In this document: positions 55,276-64,000 of the stretch, piece by piece
How the letters are laid out: every line of letters begins with the position of its first letter
How positions within the stretch are numbered: position 1 is the stretch's first letter
Assembly (NCBI GenBank): GCA_964016885.1
Contig: OZ024749.1
Span: 36,518,001-36,582,000 of the forward strand
Length of the DNA stretch: 64,000 nucleotides
From: Eledone cirrhosa
Taxonomy: Eukaryota
Direction of reading: 5' to 3'
Position numbers and translations under genes: made by a program
The notes under the pieces: generated by a model
Told to the model about the DNA's origin: nothing
Database searches by the model: none
Seen by the model: the letters and a program-made list of their open reading frames with translations, nothing else

Positions 55276-55549
55276 TCACACACACACACATGATATATGT
55301 TAGTAGAACCACTGTGCTAATTAACTGGTGTTATTTCTTACCATTTATTATCGACTGATTCCAAAAGTTAGTGAAATTCGTCAGTGAACAAATTCAATTT
55401 CTTCTGCTTGTTGCATCTTGGAATTTGGTTAGCGCCATTGCCAAAAACAGCTCTGTTGGAATTTTGATCAAGTCTGGACTGACTGCTTCTTCATAACACA
55501 CACATACACACATACATATATATACTAGGGCTTTCTACAGTGAATCACA

Positions 55550-56357
<808 letters not shown>

Positions 56358-56435
56358 ATAGACCAAAGGCTATATGCATTTGTATTTAGGTTTATTTTAT
56401 GTGTTTTGCACATCCCTGGTCAGTTACCCCCATAT

Positions 56436-56467
<32 letters not shown>

Positions 56468-56633
56468 ATATATACGTGTGTAGTTGTATGTATATCATCC
56501 CCCTTTCACGCCTGCTTTTCCATGCTTCTAAGTGCATAAGATGCATATGTGTGACATATTTCTAAATGCAAGTGTGTTTGTGTGTATGTATATTTTTTTG
56601 TTTCTATGTGTATGTGTGTATTTGTAGAAGCTG

Positions 56634-57015
56634 AGACACATGGCTTAGTGGTTAGAGCATTGGCTTTGCAATTGAAAGGTTGTGAGTTCAATTCTCAGAC
56701 CGGGTGATGTGTTGTTTCCTTGAGCAAGACACTTTATTTCACATTGCTCCAGTTTACTCAGCTGTAGAAATGAGATGATAGGGACTCGGGTCCCTATCAT
56801 TCCACTGTAAGGTGGTCGTGGAGGTGCCACGGCAAAAGAGCACCCAGCACTCACTGTAAATTGGACGTGTAGGTGCCACAGAAATAAAAGCACCCAGCAC
56901 TCACTGTAAATGAGGTTGGTGTTAGGAAGGGCATCCAGCTGTAGAAATCAAGCCAGAATCAGTTCCTGTCCCACCCTTGCAAGCAGGGAAAAGCGGACGT
57001 AAAATGATGATGATG
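56634..57015 (+). mobile_element. Full-length composite SINE family B with a short internal duplication
   Basis: Head, CORE-like domain, hairpin atgatagggac-tcgg-gtccctatcat, duplicated aggtgccac...gcacccagcactcactgtaaat, tail cccacccttgcaagcagggaaaagcggacgtaaaa(tga)n. Confidence 0.92.
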
Positions 57016-57274
57016 AGAGAAATATGAATTTTTAACAAGTATTAAAACGATAATAATGATGATAAATCAAATATGCAACACTCCATTTGCTTACCCTAGC
57101 ATGTTTTCTGTAACAAGACACAAGGCTCTGATATATATATTATGTTGAACAATGAAAACAAAAGGAAAAGTTTAGTGCTTATCAGTTCATTGTTTTACAA
57201 TCAATAATAGATATGGAACTCCATGTTATTAGTCCCAATACTATAGATCCATCTCACCGGCTTCTTCTGAAAGA

Positions 57275-57305
<31 letters not shown>

Positions 57306-57359
57306 CTAATACTATATACTAATATATATATATACTAATACATACATATACAAACAGTA

Positions 57360-57527
57360 GAGGAAAGCCATGAAAAAATTGGGCATAGGTGGTGTGAGCT
57401 GACCACAGATCGTTGATGCTCACAGAGGACATGATGAGAGACCGTGATGAATGGAGAGATGCTGTGCTGAAGAGGACCCATCCCACCCTTGCAAGCAGGG
57501 AAAAGCAGGCGTAAAATGATGATGATG
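57360..57527 (+). mobile_element. RTE-type LINE 3' end fragment
   Basis: Matches 13445-13617 (gaccgtgatgaatggagagatgctgtgctgaagaggacccatcccacccttgcaagc). Confidence 0.85.
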
Positions 57528-57654
57528 ATATATATATATATATATATAGAGAAGACCCGCCTTACCTAAATACATAGTAAAACCTACTACAGCCAGTAGG
57601 CATCTCTAACAAAATACACCCCGTCCCACCACCACCACCCCCACACCACCCCGT

Positions 57655-57952
57655 TCTATGTAAAGTTATGTTGGTGCCGCGCCATCCAGGCCGAAACAAA
57701 TGAGATCGTGTAGGTGTCACGACAAAAGAACACACAGTCCACGCTGTAATGTGGCCGTGTAGGCAACACGGTAAAAACCTCCCAGACCCACACTGTAAAT
57801 GTGGTTGGTGTTAGGAAGGGCATCCAACTGTAGAAAACCTGCCAGACAGTCCTATGCGAGCAAGACAATCACTCTTGCCTCAAGTGGGACTACCCCCGTC
57901 CAAACCCATGCAAGCGTGGAACACGGACGTTAAACGTTGATGATGATGATGA
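57655..57952 (+). mobile_element. SINE variant C (shares the aggaagggcatcca domain and an RTE-like tail, different 5' part)
   Basis: Matches 59830-60166; ends aacccatgcaagcgtggaacacggacgttaaac(gat)n. Confidence 0.75.
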
Positions 57953-58202
57953 TAGAAGACACACACACACATATATATATATTGTCACCATTTATACATG
58001 ACCGTGTAACAAGAGTAGCCCTTTGAATTGATGATAAATTTCAGTTTTGAGTGAACTGGAGCAACATGAAATGAAGTGTCTTGCTCAAGGACATAAAACT
58101 AATTCTGGAATTGAACTCAAGGCCTAACAATTATGAGCCAAACACCCCTAACCACTAAGTGATGCACCTTTATATATATATATAGATATATATATTTTTA
58201 TT

Positions 58203-58940
58203 ATCATCATCATTGTTTTTACGTCTGTTTTTCCATGCTTGCATGGATGGGTTGGACAGGTCCTTCTCAGCTGGCATCTCTCCACTCACCATGTTCCTTC
58301 ATTATCTCCTCTGTGAGCCTCAGCAATTTGAGATCAGCTCTCACCACATCTGCCCAGGTTTTTCTTTGTCTACCGCTACTGCAGCTTCCTTCCACTGACA
58401 TTTCCTGGCATGTTTTCATCCATTAATCATCATCCATGCGCATCACATGTCCGTACCAATGCAGTTTTCTCTCCTGCGCACCACTTAGGATTGCTCTTAA
58501 ACCTAGATTCTCCCTCAGCTTGTCCAAGCTCCACCTTTCACTTACTTACATTGACGTCCATTCTCTCCTGTTTATGCAGGTGTCACACAGTCGTGCTTTT
58601 GTACATAGGGAGAAACCTTTTATAGTCAACAGTGGGAGTAGTTCTCTAAAGTTTTTCCATCCTTATTCTAGCTATTATGCTCTCAAAGCACCCTCCTTTG
58701 CTGCTTTTTAAGTCACCTAGACAACGGAAGCTATCAACCACTTCTATAGCCCCTTCCTGTGACTTGAAAAGGTTTATATCACTGACGCACTTCCCCTCGT
58801 TTATCCCTGTTCATTTTCTACATACAAAGTCTTCTTTTCCTGTTAGTTTACCTGTTATCTCTCTACATCTTGTGTATACAAGATTTACATTGTGTACATT
58901 GAATGGAGTTTATGCCTGCTCCTTTTCTACATGTTGAGCA
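58203..58940 (-). mobile_element. RTE-type LINE 3' fragment (degraded)
   Basis: (CAT)n tail; catccatgcgcatcacatgtccgtaccaatgcagttttctctcctg reads QERKLHWYGHVMRMD on the minus strand. The 5' boundary is approximate. Confidence 0.8.
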
Positions 58941-59411
58941 GTGCCGTATATATATTATTGTGTTATAAGATATTGACTAACCAGGGTTGTGTATGTAACA
59001 CCCCAATCATTAAATAATGAAGCAATTAGGTTCAAGCACTCAACATCGTGTCTATCTTTCAAAATCTGATTTGGTAGACAATGACAGAGTATACGTAGAG
59101 TAATATTAATTACGAAGGCTAGATGTAGTTATTCATAATTCATTTTATTCATATTCTGCCATAATTCATAGTTCTGTGGTGTTAATAATTATGTAATATT
59201 GTTACTACCACGCAACCAACAACACAACTTCATCGGACAATGTCTTTTATTAGAAGCATGGTAACAAAAGGGTTAATGGGATTTTGCTTAACGGACTTCA
59301 TTTTTGTTTTGTTTGTTTGTTTCTTTCTTCTTTGTTCCATATATTTCAAAACCTAAATGCCCCCCCAAAACATTTGTTTCTGTATATTTATATCTCTGTC
59401 TGTAACTGTAG

Positions 59412-59514
59412 GTAAATGGCATTGACTTACGATGGGCAACCCATGAAGAGGCAGCTGCAGCCCTCAAGGGTGCTGGTGATACCGTAGAAATTGTAGCTCA
59501 ATACAAACCTGATG
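59412..59514 (+). CDS. dlg1: Discs large exon encoding the C-terminal part of PDZ3
   Basis: Acceptor ...tctctgtctgtaactgtAG, donor GATG|GTGAGA. 103 nt, phase 0 to phase 1. Translates [34 protein letters not shown], in frame with the previous exon. Has the alphaB His of class I PDZ domains and the AQYKP motif that ends DLG PDZ3. Confidence 0.95.
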
Positions 59515-59829
59515 GTGAGAACCTTTAAACTTTTCAATTTCATTTTTTTTTTTTTTTCATTCTTTTTTAAACAGTTGCAAGTGTGGTTATGTGGTTAAAG
59601 AGATTACTTGGCAATCCCATGACCCTGGCCGCAGTCCTACTGCATGGTACCTTGTGTCTTTTACTATAACCTGCTTCATTTGATAGATGAAAACTGAAAA
59701 AAATACATTATATATGTGCTTGTGTATATGTGTGCAGATGTTTGTGTATGTATTTATGTGTGTGTATATATATATATTTATGTGTGTGTATATATATATA
59801 TTTATGTGTGTGTATATATATATATACAA

Positions 59830-60166
59830 AAAACACACAGTCCACGCTGTAAATGTGGCCGTGTAGGCAACACGGTAAAAACCTCCCAGCCCCACACTGT
59901 AAATGTGGTTGGTGTTAGGAAGGGCATCCAGCTGTAGAAAACCCGCCAGACAGTCCACGCTGTAATGTGGCCGTGTAGGCAACACGGTAAAAACCTCCCA
60001 GCCCCACACTGTAAATGTGGTTGGTGTTAGGAAGGGCATCCAACTGTAGAAAACCCGCCAGACAGTCCTATGCGAGCAAGACAACAACTCTTGCCTCAAG
60101 TGGGAAAACCCCCGTCCAAACCCATGCAAGCGTGGAACACGGACGCTAAACCTGATGATGATGATG
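59830..60166 (+). mobile_element. SINE variant C with an internal tandem duplication of about 112 bp
   Basis: cagtccacgctgtaa...gtagaaaacccgccaga repeated at about 59838 and 59951. Confidence 0.8.
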
Positions 60167-61020
60167 ATATATATAATACGTAGAGAGAGAAATAAATAAT
60201 GAAGCTGGTATTTTCCTGTATATTAATTTAAGTAATGGGTATTTTGCCTATTTATGCAATATACACCCACCATACTCATAATATGTATATATATTATATA
60301 CATAAACACATATATTGAATATCGTCATTTAATCATACATACATCTGCACACCCACATATATACACATATACATTTGCACATGCACATATATACATAGAT
60401 GTATCTGTACACCCACATATATGCAAACATACACCAGTACGCCCACATATATGCATGCATATATGTGCATGTGATAGATACACTTGCACGCCCACATATA
60501 TGCATAAATACACGTGCATGCCCACTTATATACATAGTTACTTACATACAACTGAACACCCACACACATATATATACACATACACCCGCACATGTATATC
60601 TATCATACATGAATATTATATTTTGACATTTTACGCTGTCTTTCAACACTTTTCTATAATTTTTCCATATATTTCTCTCTTCCTCTAGCTTTAAATCTTA
60701 TCAAAACTATTTCCTATAAATTGTAAAGTATTTCACTGCAACACCTCCACACATTTCAACAATATATAGCAGTATTGTAAAATATTTTACAATACTCCAT
60801 TATTTCATCAATAATGTGGCAGTATTGTAAAGTATTTTACACCAACAACCCCCACACATTTCATCAACAATATAGCAGTATTATGAAATATTTTGCAACA
60901 CCCTATGTTATTTATCAACAATGTAACAGTATTGTAAAATATTAAACAACTACTTGCTCACACTTTTCATCAACAATGTGACACTATTGTATGAAATAGT
61001 TCACTAAAATACTTCTACAA

Positions 61021-61188
61021 TATCTGGCCAGAATTCTATCACCTCCTTCTGCTCAAACTGGCTGTAACCGGATGCTCATACTGATGTTAAGGCATTGTTC
61101 TCAAAATAAATAACATCAAAATCTCATAGATTTGATGTTATGTGAGATAATATAATAGTAAATATAGAGTAATGTAAATGCTAAAGGG
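61021..61188. mobile_element. piggyBac-type MITE family 1, left end missing
   Basis: ggccagaattct...gtaatgtaaatgctaaaggg|TTAA matches the copies at 10201 and 14686. Confidence 0.7.
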
Positions 61189-61999
61189 TTAACGGGTGTG
61201 GAAATATTGTAGAATATTTGACTAAAATATTCTGACACTGATCATCTACAATTTTATACATTATTGTATAGTTATACACTGCTCTATAGCATTATAGAGT
61301 AAACTATGGTACTTTACAGTACTGTATAGTACTATAGCATTAAGTACTGTATAGTTCTATACAATACTCTATAGTACTCTAGAGTATTCAGAATTAGAGT
61401 AGTCTATGGTACTTTACAGTACTGTATAATGTTATATAATGTTATATAGTATTATACAGTACTCTGTATCATTAAATAGCAGTGTATAGTTCTCTACAAC
61501 ACTCTATAGTATTCTATTCTAGAGTATTCAGGGTTAGAGTAGTTTACAGTAGTGTATAGTAAGTATTATATAGTATTATACAGTACTCTATATCATTAAA
61601 TAGCAGTGTATAGTTCTCTACAGTACTTTATAGTATTCAGGTAGAAGCCTGTTGGTCAGTATCAATGTAGAGAAAGTGTCTTAAAGTTCACAATTGTCTC
61701 TAATCAAGAGATAATCTAGTTTACACATCAATAACTTCTTCCTTAAAGACCCACAATATATACTTAGACATGTTATCTCTTTTATCTCTCTTTCTAGCTC
61801 TCTCAATCTCACTCCCTCTCGTACTCTCCACCACCCTGTCTCTGATGCTCTCTCACTCACTAAAAGACAAACTGTTTTACTGTATTTCTCCCCCCCCCCT
61901 CTCTCTCTCTCCACTCTTTCTCTTTTACTCTCTCAATCACATTGTCTTTTTTTATCCCAATCTCTCTCTTGCTATCTTTTACACACACGTGCACGTTCT

Positions 62000-62345
62000 C
62001 CCTCTCTCTCTCTCTCATTCTCTCTCTCTCTCATTCTCTCTCTCTCTCACTCATTCTCTCTCTCTCTCTCACTCATTCTCTCTCTCTCTCACTCATTCTC
62101 TCTCTCTCTCACTCATTCTCTCTCTCTCTCACTCATTCTCTCTCTCTCTCACTCATTCTCTCTCTCTCTCACTCTTTCTCTCTCACTCTCACTCTTTCTC
62201 TCTCACTTTGTCTCACTCTCTCTCTCTCACTTTTTCTCACTCTCTCTCTCTCATTCTCTCTCACACTCTCTCTCTCATTCTCTTTCTCACTCACTCTCAT
62301 TCTCTCTCTCTCTCCCTCTCTCTCTCTCATTGTCTCTCTCTCATT
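62000..62345. repeat. CT-rich repeat
   Basis: (tc)n interspersed with actcattc. Confidence 0.92.
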
Positions 62346-62518
62346 GTCTCATATACATATTGTTATATCAATATGGTTGACTTTTCAACAGATTAAATCT
62401 GACATGAAATGTTTTCTCCATCTCTCCCTCCCTCTTTCCCTTCCTTCCTTCCTCATTCCTCTCCGTTTCCTATTGGAACTATAAATCACAGATTGTCTAT
62501 AGAATATGAAGAAGACAT

Positions 62519-62560
<42 letters not shown>

Positions 62561-62780
62561 TTATATGGCACCACCCATCATAGCTATGATTCTTTACTAC
62601 AAACACAACACTAGTGGTTCTTGTTGTCAAAGCAACAGTTGGTATTTAAATAGATGGTGTTGATGGTGGTGGTGGTGCTGGTGATGGTGGTGGTGGTGGT
62701 GCTGGTTTGAGGGTGTAGTTATGTATTGCAGTAAAAGACTACCTATTGTTGACCCAGCAATGGTATATATATGTGTGAGT

Positions 62781-62873
<93 letters not shown>

Positions 62874-63047
62874 CGTATGTGTGTATAGTCTAACTTGTGT
62901 AAACATAGAAAATAGATGTACAATGTTGATGTTGATATATCAGCAGAAGATGCACACAGAAAAACAATTGCATAATGCAGACAACTGCATCTCTACCTCA
63001 TCAGCCACCTGCTGGCATGCAATTTTGCGTGTTGTGCGTGTGGAGTT

Positions 63048-63310
63048 GCATGGTTTAGTGGTTAGGGTGTTTGGCTTTATGATCATAAAGTCATGAGATC
63101 ATTTCTTGGTGGTGTGTTGTGTCCTTGAGCAGGACATACTCCTTGTAGCTTCAGTCCACTAAATTTGAAAAGGAGTTCTACCTCTAATTTGAGGTCACAC
63201 ACTGTGTCATACTGCTGAATCTCCCTGAGAACTATGTTAAGGCTATACATGCACATTACTTTCATGAACAAGCCAATCCATTTATCAAACAACTGGAGCA
63301 CTTGTCATTG
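63048..63310 (+). mobile_element. Older CORE-type SINE with a different 3' part
   Basis: catggtttagtggttagggtgtt head and gtgttgtgtccttgagcaggacat CORE-like segment. Related minus-strand relics at about 26900-27200 and 27985-28200. Confidence 0.6.
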
Positions 63311-63411
63311 ATACTAACAGAAGTTCAAATTACAGGCACACACACACATATAGTTTTACTCATCTTCTAGATTACCCTTTATCCAGCAATGGTCAGTGTT
63401 TATGTGTGTGC

Positions 63412-64000
63412 ATGTATGTGTAGCTGTTTGAGCCAGTGATGATGTATGTAGCTGTTTCAGCCAGTGATGGTATGAGTAGCTGTTTCAGCCAGTGATGGTA
63501 TGTGTAACTGTTTGAGCCAGTGATGGTATGTGTAGCTGTTTGAGCCAGTGATGGTGCTTGAAGCTGTTTAAGCCACTGAATATGTGTGAAGCTATTTGAG
63601 TCACTGATGGTATGTGTAGCTGTTTGAGCCTGTGATGGTGCTTGTAGCTGTTTAAGCCACTGAATATGTGTGAAGCTATTTGAGTCACTGATGGTATGTG
63701 TAGCTGTTTGAGCCACTGATGGTATGTGTAGCTGTTTGAGCCACTGATGGTATGTGTAGCTGTTTGAGCCTGTGATGGTGCTTGAAGCTGTTTAAGCCAC
63801 TGAATATGTGTGAAGCTATTTGAGTCACTGATGGTATGTGTAGCTGTTTGAGCCACTGATGGTATGTGTAGCTGTTTGAGCCACTGATGGTTTGAGGCAA
63901 TGATGGTGTGTGTAGCTCTTTGACCCAGTTATAGTGTGTATAGCTCTTTGACCCAGTTATAGTGTGTATAGCTGTTAGACCCAGTTATAGTGTGTATAGC
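63412..64000. repeat. 28-bp minisatellite running off the window end
   Basis: Unit tagctgtttgagccactgatggtatgtg. Confidence 0.93.

Noticed and set aside
56638-56705. tRNA gene
   Set aside because: A/B boxes belong to SINE heads; no complete cloverleaf, and the sequence continues into the SINE body in all copies.
59410-59417. AG|GTAAAT at the exon start as a recursive splice site
   Set aside because: Explained by the conserved Val-Asn codons of PDZ3.

Overview
Eukaryotic (animal) genomic DNA, AT-rich and dominated by microsatellites, minisatellites and SINEs. The repeat landscape looks cephalopod/octopus-like (inference). The only protein-coding sequence I can securely identify is two + strand exons (37279-37435 and 59412-59514) that splice in frame across a 21,976-bp phase-0 intron to give the third PDZ domain of a discs-large MAGUK (dlg1/PSD-95 family). 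The window is therefore essentially dlg1 intron. All long ORFs in the supplied track come from tandem repeats and are artefacts. Mobile DNA includes two tRNA-derived SINE families (one composite: tRNA head + CORE-like domain + second domain + 3' tail shared with an RTE-type LINE also present here), 3' fragments of that LINE, TTAA-flanked piggyBac-type MITEs, and two related hairpin elements carrying the 3' half of a hammerhead-ribozyme fold (Penelope-like). A 200-N gap lies at 27447-27646. The best leads are: (i) several candidate upstream exons whose phase-2 donors fit the PDZ3 exon, (ii) the half-hammerhead hairpins, (iii) the SINE/LINE partner pair, (iv) a self-complementary 17-bp satellite, and (v) inverted SINE pairs bracketing the PDZ3 exon. 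I see no secure evidence of a new multi-gene system.
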